This document shows, piece by piece, positions 1-14,754 of a stretch of DNA of 64,000 nucleotides (position 1 is its first letter; every line of letters starts with the position of its first letter). The notes beneath the pieces are model-generated. The model saw only the letters and a program-made list of their open reading frames with translations. It was not told the DNA's origin and did no database searches. Location: the NCBI GenBank assembly GCA_964016885.1, contig OZ024759.1, positions 23,808,001 through 23,872,000 on the forward strand, given 5' to 3'. This stretch comes from Eledone cirrhosa. Its lineage: Eukaryota. The position numbers were made by a program, and so were the translations under genes.

Positions 1-999
1 CTCTGTCTCTGCCTTCTCTATCTTTCCCCCTTCTTTCTCTCTCTCTCACCTTTTTCTCTCTCACACCCTCTCTTTGCACCCCCCCCCTCTTATGTCTGTC
101 TCTGTCTTTCCCCTTCTTTCTCTCTCTCTTCCTCTCTATCTTTCTCTCTCTCTCTCTCTTTCTCACAACCTCACATAAGAATTTCCAAACAATTTGATAT
201 TAAACAATAAAGATACCTTAAGTTATTATTTTAATAATGAAATAATTAATAATGTTAGTAAGTCACTCTGTATTCTTCATTAATTATTTAAACCAGAGAA
301 AAATGGTCACGAAAGGGTTAAAATATTTTGACACTAACTTAATTACAGTTTTGTTATTAACTTAACTTACTTTTCCTGTTGGTTCGGGCTCATTGAAAAT
401 GTTGCTGGTGAAGCTGCCAGCACTCTCTGCCACATACATTTTTTCGTTCTCTCTTGTTGTCTCCCCCTTTTTCGCTTTCTTCTTTCTAGTTATCTCCCTT
501 TTCTCCAGCTGTCTCCGCCTCTCTCTTTCTTCTCTCTAGCTGTCTGTCCCTCTCTCTTCCTTTCTAGTTGTCTCCCTCTCTCTCTAGCTGTCTCCTTTTT
601 CTCTAGTTGTTTCCCTCTCTCTAGTTGTATCCCTTTCTCTCTTTTTCTCTCTAGTTGTCTCCCTCCCTCTCTCTCTCTCTAGCTGTCTCCCCATCTTCCT
701 TCTCTCTAACTATCTCTTACTTTCTGCTGTTCCCCTCTCTCATTGCCTCAACCCTTTACTTCTCTCTCTCGCTTAATTTCTTTACTCTCTATCCTCCTCC
801 TTCTCCCTCATTCTTCTTACTCTTTATCATCTCTGTCTATCCCTTACCTTTTCTTCTCTCTCTCTCTCTCTCTCCCTCTCTTACCATATGTCCACTTCTC
901 TCTTTTTCCTTGTTGCTTTCTTACTTTCTGTTCTCTCCTCCTCTCTCTTTAACCTTCTGCTTTCCCCCTCCCCTTCTCTTTTCTTTATCCCCCTCTGTC

Positions 1000-1197
1000 T
1001 CTCTCTTCAGTCTCTCAAGCACTCACCCTCTCGCTCTCTCTTCAGTCTCTCAAGCACTCACCCTCTCTCTCTCTTCAGTCTCTCAAGCACTCACCCTCTC
1101 GCTCTCTCTTCAGTCTCTCAAGCACTCACCCTCTCGCTCTCTCTTCAGTCTCTCAAGCACTCACCCTCTCTTTTCGGTCTCTCAAACACTCACCCTT
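1000..1197. repeat. 34-36-bp minisatellite within a CT-rich tract
   Basis: TCTTCAGTCTCTCAAGCACTCACCCTCTC(GC)TCTC repeated about 5-6 times. Confidence 0.9.
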
Positions 1198-2194
1198 CCA
1201 CTTTCTGACCATCTAATAAACAGTAATTTATAATCCCCATTTACGTAGTTTTTCGTTGTTCCTATTTTTTCTTTCTATTTATTTATTTATTTATCTATCT
1301 ATCTATCTACCTAAAGATATCTATCTATAGTTTTTCTCTCTTCTCACTTTATCTCCGGGTGTGGATGGATGTATCTATATCTTTCTTTCCTGAAATGTCG
1401 GAACTTCTAGGAAGAACTAACTACTCAAATTATCTGCACGGATATATATATGAAGCAAACAAAAAGACAACATATTTCTACAGTTCAGAGTTGCCTGGCT
1501 GTTGTTTATATTTATATATATAAATATATATAACATCTATGTGGGTGTTTTACGTCCGCCTGTTGGTAGTCTTGTTTATATATGTATAAGTAGTGAGTTT
1601 GTCGCCCGTCCGAGTGAGTCGACACATATGCCGCTGTTCCAAAACTGCCATATTCTATGGGTAAGATCCACATATATTTCTATCTATCATTATTGTTGTT
1701 CTGATCACTTTAACATCGTAAAATACTCTTTAGAAAGCTCAGGATGAAACTCGCCACTTCTTAAGTTTTCTCTCACCTAGTAACATTTCATAAACATTTC
1801 ATTAAAAGAGCCTTTGTGTGCTGTATTCAGGCCGAAGGAATCGTGGTAATCTTTCGTTTTAATATCACAGATAACTTCTATATATAATGACATTATATAT
1901 ATATATTGTATAATTAAAATTTCATACACTTAGCATGTATGCGTGACCTTAGGTTTTGGAGTCCAGTTATGGCTACCTCTGTATAGTGGATGGACCGTTC
2001 CAGTACTGGTCTCTCATCGGGCGCCAGGACAAAATTACGAATTTTAATTATACTAAATAAGCTGTCTTGCAATAGATTAAGCATTGTTTTCTTTGGCTTT
2101 TTACCTACGGATATCCTGGACACACCCACACACATATATGTATATATATCTAAGTTAAAACAATGAATGGACCCCACAACTTACCGTGGATATC

Positions 2195-2255
<61 letters not shown>

Positions 2256-2308
2256 ATTTAAAACTTTACTATTCACAAGTGTTTTTTAACCTTCATTTCA
2301 TGTATCCC

Positions 2309-2379
2309 TATTTTATCTGATGAAAACGCAGATACCATCTCATGATGATATTTGTTTTTGAAATGCGCATAATAAAATA
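2309..2379 (+). ncRNA. Minimal type I hammerhead ribozyme (Penelope-associated type)
   Basis: UAUUUUAU-CUGAUGA-long helix II (loop UCAU)-GAAA-U-GCGC-A-UA-AUAAAAUA; 8-bp helix I, short helix III with palindromic loop. Confidence 0.78.
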
Positions 2380-2455
2380 CTTGGAACTCTTTTAAACATC
2401 TTTTGATCTTATATTATATATATATAAACATAATCGTTATGCCTGTATATATATA

Positions 2456-2522
2456 ACGAAGGAAGTGTGGTAAAGAACCAGATGGACCATAACTCACCAG
2501 AGTACTCAATATATAAATAGAT

Positions 2523-2576
<54 letters not shown>

Positions 2577-2772
2577 AAAGAGGGTGTGGTAAGATACCAG
2601 GTCGACCATAACGCACCAGAGTACTCAATACTTAAGGTAGTAGAGTGGATAATAGGAAAAGAGTCAGGACCCCTACGGCTGAACTCCAGCCGTTTCGACA
2701 GCTAGATCCGAACTGTTCGGATCTAGCTGTCGAAACGTCTGGAGCCCTGCCGTCGGGGTCTTGACTCTTTTC
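2456..2772 (-). mobile_element. Fold-back palindromic element family, copy A (plus short fragment at 2456-2510)
   Basis: Inverted repeat 2656-2772 plus shared tail GTGGTAAG...GGACCATAAC...GAGTACTCAATA; flanked by (TA)n. Confidence 0.7.
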
Positions 2773-3205
2773 ATATATAAAATGTAGATTCCCAAGTTGC
2801 GTCATGGGAGGAGGGTAACCACAATGCATTGGACATACCTGATGATTTCATACGAACGAAACAGCTCTAGTCTTGTAGAAGTCATTTATATAAACACACA
2901 CATATATATGATACACAGCATGAAACTTTAGTGCCCTCACCACCACTAATACACACACGCACCTATCTTTATTTTCTCACAACTTTCTAAATAATGCATA
3001 TTTAATAATGATACATTTCCGAGGTGTAGATAATGATAGTGTTTATAACATTCAAAATGAAACACTCAATTTTCACTCACAGAAATTACTGGAAGTTGTT
3101 TGTGATCTTAAAATAGATGGTTATTCAGAAATCATTGTTTTGAATAAAGAAATCATGGCACAGCCGCTTTAACGTCGTTTAATTTTCTTGGGCAAGGCAT
3201 GAAGT

Positions 3206-3236
<31 letters not shown>

Positions 3237-3348
3237 CAGTTTTCTCTTTTCAAGAACAATTTTATCATATATAGTTGTATTTTGGGAGAGTCACACTGCT
3301 GATCGAAACACACGCACCGAAGAAATCAAATCAGTTTTATGACAGTCC

Positions 3349-3394
<46 letters not shown>

Positions 3395-4159
3395 ACAATA
3401 GGAAGTATGATACATAGCCTAATGTACTATTTATTTTAATAAATTACCGTATTGTACACTCAGCTGAAAATGAGTACCAGCAATAGCTGGGGGTTTAACC
3501 CTGCGATGAACTAGCGTCCTATCCAGGGGCGGGTCTTGTACTCTCAGTTGCTTCACGCCATGAAGCTCCAGCCAAATGAGCCTTCTGGCTAAGACAGACT
3601 TTAGGCTTTTAGATATATGTATATATGTCCTTGAGCAAGACACTTTATTTCACGTTGTTTCTTCTACCTGGAGTTGCGACCGATAGAGAGTTGGAAAGAC
3701 CAACGGAAACATTGTTTCCTCGGCCCGATGTAACGAAAGCCGATCGACTATCGATATCTACATATATCTCTCTCTATATATATATAAGGTAAACAGAAAT
3801 AATAAAACAAACGGCACAGTACACGGAAGAAATATATTAGTTTAACACGAATTATTCACGGTTTGTAGACCGGAACGATCACAAAGTCGGTCACTTAGTT
3901 TTTAATACGTGTTTAGATGAAGAGTAGATCATACATATTCGTTATAATGTCAACAGAAAGTCCTCTGTTCAGATCCAACCACTTATCCACCCTCATCTAT
4001 CGATCCATCCATCACTCTATCCATCCTTACACCTGTCAATCGACCCATTCATTCATTCATTTTTCTCCAGTTACTTTATTTGTTTACCTTTTAAAATAAA
4101 TGTGTCCCAATTCGGTTTGATTCAAGGTACGAGATATATATATATATATATATATATAT

Positions 4160-4544
4160 AACGAAGGAAATGTGGTAAGGAACCAGGTGGACCATAACGT
4201 ACCAAAGTACTCAATACTTAGGGTAGTAGAGTGGGTAATAGGAACGAGTAGGACCCCGACGGCGGAGCTCAAGCCGTTTCGACGGCTAATTTAGTCCAGA
4301 ATTAGCCGTCGAAACGGCTTGAGCTCAGCCGTCGGGGTCCTACTCGTTCCTATATATATATATATAACAAAGGAATTGTGGTAAGGAACCAGATGGACCA
4401 TAACGCACCAGAGTACTCAATATTTAGGGTAGTAGAGTGGGAAATAGGAAAAAGTATGACCCCGATGGCAGAGCTGAAGCCGTTTCGACGTCCAGAAATA
4501 GCCGTCAAAACGGCTTGAACTCTGCCGTCGGGCTCATACTTTTT

Positions 4545-4549
<5 letters not shown>
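4160..4549 (-). mobile_element. Fold-back palindromic element family, copies B and C
   Basis: Two adjacent copies (4160-4353 and 4365-4549) separated and flanked by (TA)n; each ends in a ~100-115-bp palindrome. Confidence 0.75.
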
Positions 4550-4597
<48 letters not shown>

Positions 4598-5169
4598 ATT
4601 GAGTCCATGTTTTCTGTAATATGTATTTAGTTATTTAGTATATGTACAATATACTGTCTTCTCTGAACATATGGTTTTTTCTCTCTCTCTCTCTATATAT
4701 ATATACATATATCTTGTACTTTGGACTATATATATGAATATATAAATGTGTGTGTATATAATATACGTGTATATCTTATATATTGTACTGTCATTTGCTT
4801 TGTTATTTCTTTTTAACTTTTGCATACACTACCTAATCATAGGTCGAGGCTTGATCAACCTCAGTATTGGCGAACGGGGCGAGTCTGCTGGATGAAGGTG
4901 ACTATGTTGTAAGACCTGAATACCCCAGTGAGTCCAGAATACATTGTACGAATTTATGATATATATATACACACACACACACATACAACCCTTATAGAGA
5001 CCTCTCAAGATTTTGGTCTTCGTATTTATTTTTGTATTGTCTCCTATATGTCGGTCCTTGTGGCAATAAATGAAATCATTATTATTACTACTAACTCTAC
5101 TACTATTACTATATATATATATATATTTCGTTTCTGAATTTGTTTAGCAACATGACCCTCCCAAAGTAT

Positions 5170-5200
<31 letters not shown>

Positions 5201-6379
5201 CTTATGCACACGTGTATGAATAAGTATGATGTAAGAAGGCGTGAAGTGTCATTATCGGCAGAGGTCGGACGCCATGCTTTGCAGCATAGAGTTACGGCCT
5301 TTTACGTTCTGATTTCAAATTCCGCCGAGGTTAACTTTGCCTTTCATCCTTACGGGATCGATAAAATAAAGTACCAGTAATTGATGCGCTGGAATAATTT
5401 CTGGCCTTGTTTATTTACACCACTTTTCCTCCACCACTTCATCAGCATCAGCATCATCATAACTTTGTGTTGTAAACGTCATACTAGCATTCCGGTGACG
5501 TCGACCACTCGAAAAACACAAACGTAAACAAACACAGACAGATACATATTTATATATATCCACTTAAAAGATGAATGGTTGTTGTCTTTTTACACATGTA
5601 CACATTCGTTAGTGTTCCTTCGATCATCGTGTATATATATATATATATTTATATACAAGCCAGATATCTGCTACAAACTGTTCCCAATGGCACCAAAAAG
5701 TACGACCAAGTTTCTTATTTTCTTTATGTTCGTTTTTGGGGGCGATCTTTCGTAAACGGTAGACGAAATGTAAACAACGAAATCAATATTTTCAGTTGTG
5801 TGTAAAATATGAATGCTTTCATCGTTCACGTTTCGTCTACTACTTAAGTTAAATGTCCTTCCACCCTTTCTTTTTTTTTTTCATTTCTTCTTTATATTAG
5901 TGTTATATTCTTAAATCTATTTATTATCGTCTTATTGTTTCCAATCATCAACATCACAAAGATCATCAGAAATTTTGTACTGACACAGTCAGAATTTTTT
6001 AATTAATTTTATTTTTTTAATGGAGGAAGGGTCTGTTGAATTCATTAAAGGTTTTCATAAGGGAACATATGTTATTTTATACCACGAAGTACACTGATTC
6101 TTAATGTGGAGCTGTTTGAATATTTTCTTCAACATCCGGCTCCAGGTCTGAAAACAGCTGATTTCTTCCAGATAGAAGGAGGCAGTAAAAGAGGGTGAGA
6201 GGAAGAGAGATATATAGGCAGAGCGATAGAGGTAAATAGGATGAGAGAGAGAGAGAGGAAGAGCTAGAGAGAGATAAAGAGAGAGAGAGAGAGAGACAGA
6301 GGCAGAATGAGAGAAGTATAGAAAAAGAGAGAGATTGAGGCAGCGCGAGAAAGGTAAGAGGGTGAGAGAGTGTCATCAT

Positions 6380-6712
6380 CATCATTTCATTTTACGTCCA
6401 CTTTTCCCTGCTTGCAAGGGTGGGACGGGAACTGATTCTAGCTTGATTTCTACAGCTGGATGCCCTTCCTAACACCAACCTCATTTACAGTGAGTGCTGG
6501 GTGCTTTTTTGCCATGGCACCTCCACGACCACTTTGCAGTGGAATGATATGGACCCCAGTCCCTATCATCTCATTTCTACAGCTGAGTAAACTGGAGCAA
6601 TGTGAAATAAAGTGTCTTGCTCAAGGAAACAACACATCACCCGGTCTGAGAATTGAACTCACAACCTTTCGATTGCAAGCCCAATGCTCTAACCACTAAG
6701 CCATGTGCCTCC
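6380..6712 (-). mobile_element. tRNA-derived SINE (family 1)
   Basis: Reverse complement of 38655-39030 with (CAT)n tail. Confidence 0.8.
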
Positions 6713-7194
6713 AATGTATGAAGAAGAATCTATCCAAATACTGGACTGGTATTTTATCGACCTTAAAAGGATGTGCGGCAAAGGTGGCCTCACTGGGATT
6801 TGAACTCAAAGTGCAGAGAACCGGAACAAATACCACAAAACTTTCTATCAAACTTTCTAACAAATCTGCTAATTCACCATCTTTTGTGGTGCTGTAGCTG
6901 TTAAAATCATTACAATACCAATCCAATCTAGGGCCTCGCTCCTGTTGGAGGAACTCCTCCCTGGTTAATCTCCACTGCTTTCTCTTTGGTTTTGGTCATG
7001 TTAGGAATGTGGCCTTATTCACCATGCTGGGCCAGTTGTGGGTGGGTGAGGATATTTAAACCATAATTGGGGTGGATGGCCGATGACTCTGAGGAGTTCA
7101 TCTGTCCTTTGTTTTTTGTGCTGCTGGTGTTCTACTTACCCTCCTCACCAGGCCAGGGTCTGGTGGAGGAGCCAGTTTAGTCGCTGACCACTCA

Positions 7195-7975
7195 ACCATG
7201 AGGTTGTACTGGGCTACATGGTACCAGTAGCAGACAGAAGCCTGACCTGGTCTGATATTGACCATGAAGCAGGTTGTACTGGGCTACATGGTACCAGTAG
7301 CAGACAGAAGCCTGACCTGGTCTGATATTGACCATGAAGCAGGTTGTACTGGGCTACATGGTACCAGTAGCAGACAGAAGCCTGACCTGGTCTGATATTG
7401 ACCATGAAGCAGGTTGTACTGGGCTACATGGTACCAGTAGCAGACAGAAGCCTGACCTGGTCTGATATTGACCATGAAGCAGGTTGTACTGGGCTACATG
7501 GTACCAGTAGCAGACAGAAGCTCGACTTGGTCTGATATTGACCATGAAGCAGGTTGTACTGGGCTACATGGTACCAGTAGCAGACAGAAGCCTGACCTGG
7601 TCTGATATTGACCATGAAGCAGGTTGTACTGGGTTACATGGTACCAGTAGCAGACAGAAGCCTGACCTGATATTGACCATGAAGCAGGTTGTACTGGGTT
7701 ACATGGTACCAGTAGCAGACAGAAGCCTGACCTGATATTGACCATGAAGCAGGTTGTACTGGGCTACATGGTACCAGTAGCAGACAAGCCTGACCTGGTC
7801 TGATATTGACCATGAAGCAGGTTGTACTGGGTTACATGGTACCAGTAGCAGACAAGCCTGACCTGACCTGATATTGACCATGAAGCAGGTTGTACTGGGC
7901 TACATGGTACCAGTAGCAGACAAGCCTGACCTGACCTGATATTGACCATGAAGCCGGTTGTACTGGGTTACATGT
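7195..7975. repeat. 70-bp minisatellite (65/68-bp variants), about 11 copies
   Basis: GGTTGTACTGGGCTACATGGTACCAGTAGCAGACAGAAGCCTGACCTGGTCTGATATTGACCATGAAGCA. Confidence 0.95.
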
Positions 7976-8444
7976 AACAGATAGAAGTCTGACATAACCA
8001 TAAAAATCATTACCTTTCCTATTTAGCAGGAAATATTTGCTACTCTCTCACAACCAATATCTCTTTCTCTCTATCTTTCTCTCTCTCTCTATTTATGAAG
8101 GCACTCGGAAAAACTCCATATCTCGGGGAACCCGTGCTCTGATTTACGCGAAACTTGTTTTATTCCATTTGTATTCCCATTTTAGGGGCAACTTCCTTTC
8201 AAAGTATTTTCCCATTATGCTCCATTTTTTGCTGTATTAAATTACAGAAAAGACACAATCACAGCGTTTTACTAGTATATAGATATGTATATACATATGT
8301 GTATATATATATATATATATCATCATCATCATCACCATTTTACATCCGTTCTTTCACGGTAGCATGAGTTAGATGGGTTGTCCTGTTGTGGGCAGTCTTC
8401 AGTCGGCTGACCTTGTCTTGCTCATATGGGGAACTGATTCTGGC

Positions 8445-8485
<41 letters not shown>

Positions 8486-8607
8486 TGTGTATTTATATAT
8501 TTGTGTATATATATATATAAGTATATGTATACATATATATATTAGAAATGAAATTTTGTTTCATTTTTTTCCATTTATATATATATATATAAATATATGT
8601 GTATATA

Positions 8608-8652
<45 letters not shown>

Positions 8653-8912
8653 GTGTGTGTATATATATTATATATATAGTCTTTGTTTTACTAACTGCCA
8701 CCATCAATCTGTTTGCTCTATTTCTGTTTGTCTAGTCACTGACTAATCTTGTGGCCTGTAGACACACAGACAGGCATACACATACACATACACACACGTG
8801 TGTGTGTGTGTGTGTATCTATTTATATATATATATATATATAAATAGGCAGGAGGGAGGGCATGAGTCACTGACAGCTATGTGTGTTTGGTTCTCATCTT
8901 TTTTCATCAGGA

Positions 8913-8943
<31 letters not shown>

Positions 8944-9355
8944 GTATATGTTACCCTGTATATCTCTCTCCCTCTCTCTTATCTCACCATCTCCCCCAGT
9001 ACACTGTCACTCCCACCCTTCTAGGTGGAGCTTCATCTGTTTGTCTGTTTCAGTCCCAGTATGAAAACCCCTTGACACCTCCGCCCACACCCACACATCT
9101 CTCCCCACCCACACATCAACTGGACTTGTGGGAACACTACCCATAATATGCAACTAGGTTGTGCTGGGTGGGGATGGGGTAGAATACTAACTCCAATATA
9201 CCTGACTTATACCAACCAGAGCCCATTTCCCCTTCATAAGAACACTAACCCCTAATCTACCCTAATACACAACTGTTGGAAACAAGGATCCGGTGGGGTG
9301 GGGCGAAATTAACTTTTATTTTTATATATTTTCCTTTTTTGGTTGTGGTTTCAAA

Positions 9356-9740
9356 ATAATTGTTTCTACTTTTGGCACAAGGCCAGCAATTACTCCAGTG
9401 CATTACTGGTACTTTATTTTATCGACCCCATGACAATGAAAGGCAAAGTTTAACTTCAGCAGGATTTGAACTCAGAACGCAAAGGGCCATAACTCTATGC
9501 TGCAAAACATGGTGTCTGACGCTCCATCGATGCTGCCAATCCACAGCCCTTGAGATAATTGTTTCTACTTTTGGCACAAGGCCAGCAATTACTCCAGTGT
9601 ATTACTGCTGCTTTATTTTATCTACCCCCCCCCCCTCACTCGTAAGGATGAAAGGCAAAGTTAACCTCAACTGGATTTTGAACTCAGAACGTAAAGGGCC
9701 ATAACTCTATGCTACAAAGCATGGTGTCTGACACTCTAGC
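9356..9740 (-). mobile_element. Two tandem family-2 SINE copies
   Basis: Repeated TTGTTTCTACTTTTGGCACAAGGCC...GGATTTGAACTCAGAACG units. Confidence 0.75.
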
Positions 9741-10219
9741 TCTACCTCTGCCAAAAATAAAAAAAAAACACTTAGTTATTTTTTTATATACGTTCTTTAT
9801 AGAAGCAAACTGGGTTGTGATATTAGGGGTGGTGAGGTAAACAACCTCTAGCACACCAATACACCCCTACCAACACCAACTGAACTCCTTCCACCCCACC
9901 AAAAAACACTACTCCTAATACACAACAGGGTGGTGGTGGTGGTGGTGGTGGTGTGGTGGAACACTACATCCAATATGCCAATGTACTCAACCAACACCAA
10001 CTGGACCCCCCCCCCTCCATCCTTTCTCATAGAACACTACCCCTAATAGCTGACTGGGTAGTGGTGGTGGGGGTAGATAAACACTACATCCAACACAAAT
10101 TGGACACCCTTCCTTCCCCCCTCCATAAAAACACCACCCTTAATACACAACTGGGTGGTGGTGGTGGTTTGGTGGAGTAGGGAACACTACATTCAATCTT
10201 CAATACACCAATACTCAGC

Positions 10220-13200
10220 TACCAACATCACTGGACTCACAACCACTACTACCACTACTACCAACACCACCAACACCACTACCATCACTGGACTCACTAC
10301 CACTACTACCACTACTACCAACACCACCAACACCACTACCATCACTGGACTCACAACCACTACTACCACTACTACCAACACCACCAACACCACTACCATC
10401 ACTGGACTCACTACCACTACTACCACTACTACCAACACCACCAACACCACTACCATCACTGGACTCACAACCACTACTACCACTACTACCAACACCACCA
10501 ACACCACTACCATCACTGGACTCACAACCACTACTACCACTACTACCAACACCACCAACACCACTACCATCACTGGACTCACTACCACCACTACCACTAC
10601 TACCAACACCACCAACACCACTACCATCACTGGACTCACTACCACCACTACCACTACTACCAACACCACCAACACCACCAACACCACTACCATCACTGGA
10701 CTCACAACCACTACTACCACTACTACCAACACCACCAACACCACTACCATCACTGGACTCACAACCACTACTACCACTACTACCAACACCACCAACACCA
10801 CTACCATCACTGGACTCACAACCACTACTACCACTACTACCAACACCACCAACACCACTACCATCACTGGACTCACAACCACCACTACTACCAACACCAC
10901 CAACACCACTACCATCACTGGACTCACAACCACTACTACCACTACTACCAACACCACCAACACCACTACCATCACTGGACTCACAACCACTACTACCACT
11001 ACTACCAACACCACCAACACCACTACCATCACTGGACTCACTACCACCACTACCACTACTACCAACACCACCAACACCACTACCATCACTGGACTCACTA
11101 CCACCACTACCACTACTACCAACACCACCAACACCACTACCATCACTGGACTCACTACCACCACTACCACTACTACCAACACCACCAACACCACTACCAT
11201 CACTGGACTCACCACTACCACTACTACCAACACCACCAACACCACTACCATCACTGGACTCACAACCACTACTACCACTACTACCAACACCACCAACACC
11301 ACTACCATCACTGGACTCACTACCACCACTACCACTACTACCAACACCACCAACACCACTACCATCACTGGACTCACTACCACCACTACCACTACTACCA
11401 ACACCACTACCATCACTGGACTCACTACCACCACTACCACTACTACCAACACCACCAACACCACTACCATCACTGGACTCACTACCACCACTACCACTAC
11501 TACCAACACCACCAACACCACTACCATCACTGGACTCACTACCACCACTACCACTACTACCAACACCACCAACACCACTACCATCACTGGACTCACTACC
11601 ACCACTACCACTACTACCAACACCACCAACACCACTAACATCACTGGACTCACAACCACTACTACCACTACTACCAACACCACCAACACCACTACCATCA
11701 CTGGACTCACTACCACCACTACCACTACTACCAACACCACCAACACCACTAACATCACTGGACTCACAACCACTACTACCACTACTACCAACACCACCAA
11801 CACCACTAACATCACTGGACTCACAACCACTACTACCACTACTACCAACACCACCAACACCACTACCATCACTGGACTCACTACCACCACTACCACTACT
11901 ACCAACACCACCAACACCACTACCATCACTGGACTCACTACCACCACTACCACTACTACCAACACCACCAACACCACTACCATCACTGGACTCACAACCA
12001 CTACTACCACTACTACCAACACCACCAACACCACTACCATCACTGGACTCACTACCACCACTACCACTACTACCAACACCACCAACACCACTACCATCAC
12101 TGGACTCACAACCACTACTACCACTACTACCAACACCACCAACACCACTACCATCACTGGACTCACAACCACTACTACCACTACTACCAACACCACCAAC
12201 ACCACTACCATCACTGGACTCACTACCACCACTACCACTACTACCAACACCACCAACACCACTACCATCACTGGACTCACAACCACTACTACCACTACTA
12301 CCACTACTACCAACACCACCAACACCACTACCATCACTGGACTCACAACCACTACTACCACTACTACCAACACCACCAACACCACTACCATCACTGGACT
12401 CACTACCACCACTACCACTACTACCAACACCACCAACACCACTACCATCACTGGACTCACAACCACTACTACCACTACTACCACTACTACCAACACCACC
12501 AACACCACTACCATCACTGGACTCACAACCACTACTACCACTAGTACCAACACCACCAACACCACTACCATCACTGGACTCACTACCACCACTACCACTA
12601 CTACCAACACCACCAACACCACTACCATCACTGGACTCACAACCACTACTACCACTACTACCAACACCACCAACACCACTACCATCACTGGACTCACTAC
12701 CACCACTACCACTACTACCAACACCACCAACACCACTACCATCACTGGACTCACAACCACTACTACCACTACTACCAACACCACCAACACCACTACCATC
12801 ACTGGACTCACAACCACTACTACCACTACTACCAACACCACCAACACCACTACCATCACTGGACTCACTACCACCACTACCACTACTACCAACACCACCA
12901 ACACCACTACCATCACTGGACTCACAACCACTACTACCACTACTACCACTACTACCAACACCACCAACACCACTACCATCACTGGACTCACAACCACTAC
13001 TACCACTACTACCAACACCACCAACACCACTACCATCACTGGACTCACTACCACCACTACCACTACTACCAACACCACCAACACCACTACCATCACTGGA
13101 CTCACAACCACTACTACCACTACTACCACTACTACCAACACCACCAACACCACTACCATCACTGGACTCACAACCACTACTACCACTAGTACCAACACCA

Positions 13201-14310
13201 CCAACACCACTACCATCACTGGACTCACTACCACCACTACCACTACTACCAACACCACCAACACCACTACCATCACTGGACTCACAACCACTACTACCAC
13301 TACTACCAACACCACCAACACCACTACCATCACTGGACTCACAACCACTACTACCACTAGTACCAACACCACCAACACCACTACCATCACTGGACTCACT
13401 ACCACCACTACCACTACTACCAACACCACCAACACCACTACCATCACTGGACTCACAACCACTACTACCACTACTACCACTACTACCAACACCACCAACA
13501 CCACTACCATCACTGGACTCACTACCACCACTACCACTACTACCAACACCACCAACACCACTACCATCACTGGACTCACAACCACTACTACCACTACTAC
13601 CACTACTACCAACACCACCAACACCACTACCATCACTGGACTCACAACCACTACTACCACTAGTACCAACACCACCAACACCACTACCATCACTGGACTC
13701 ACTACCACCACTACCACTACTACCAACACCACCAACACCACTACCATCACTGGACTCACAACCACTACTACCACTACTACCACTACTACCAACACCACCA
13801 ACACCACTACCATCACTGGACTCACAACCACTACTACCACTACTACCAACACCACCAACACCACTACCATCACTGGACTCACAACCACTACTACCACTAC
13901 TACCAACACCACCAACACCACTACCATCACTGGACTCACTACCACCACTACCACTACTACCAACACCACCAACACCACTACCATCACTGGACTCACAACC
14001 ACTACTACCACTACTACCAACACCACCAACACCACTACCATCACTGGACTCACTACCACTACTACCACTAGTACCAACACCACCAACACCACTACCATCA
14101 CTGGACTCACTACCACTACTACCACTACTACCAACACCACCAACACCACTACCATCACTGGACTCACAACCACTACTACCACTACTACCAACACCACCAA
14201 CACCACTACCATCACTGGACTCACAACCACTACCACTAGTACCAACACCACCAACACCACTACCATCACTGGACTCACTACCACTACTACCAGCACCACC
14301 AACACCACTT
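10220..14310. repeat. 54-bp ACC/ACT-rich minisatellite, about 75 copies
   Basis: Anchor CATCACTGGACTCAC recurring every 54 bp with 45/48/63-bp variants. Confidence 0.95.
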
Positions 14311-14754
14311 GACTCAGGACCACCAACACTACTACCAACACCACTACCACCACCAACACCACTTGACTCAGGACCACCACCACTACTACCAACACCATTA
14401 CCAACACCACCAACACCACTACTACCAACACGACCGCTACCACCACCACCACTACCACTACCACCACCAACACCACTGGACTTACCCCCCCCCCCCCCCT
14501 CCCCTCCCTCCCCACCAACCTTTCTCTTCTAGCCAGCCACCCTAGCCTCCCCCCCCTCATCATTCTCCCCCTCCCTTCAACCAATAGTAACTACCATATA
14601 ATGAGAGGAGACTACCATGGTATTGGTGTGTATGTAGATAACTAGGGGGTGTAGTGAGAGGGATATGGAAGAGGTGAGGAGTTAAAAAAATGTGGTGAGT
14701 GGTGGACACAGCTTGATAGCTAGGTGGGGGGAGGTATGTTCTCTAACACATAAC

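Noticed and set aside
2832-2875. Hammerhead CTGATGA-tttcatacgaac-GAAA-CAGCTC-TA
   Set aside because: Helix I and helix III pairing are broken; counted only as a decayed relic
4884-4940. Hammerhead-like CTGGATGA-aggt...acct-GAATA...GTC
   Set aside because: Needs insertions in both core segments; too degenerate to call
5480-5830. CpG-containing patch with a TGACGTC motif as a promoter for the BTB gene
   Set aside because: No clear donor site or other support
10193-14584. 1463-aa Val-rich minus-strand ORF
   Set aside because: Antisense reading of an ACC/ACT minisatellite; composition is implausible for a protein
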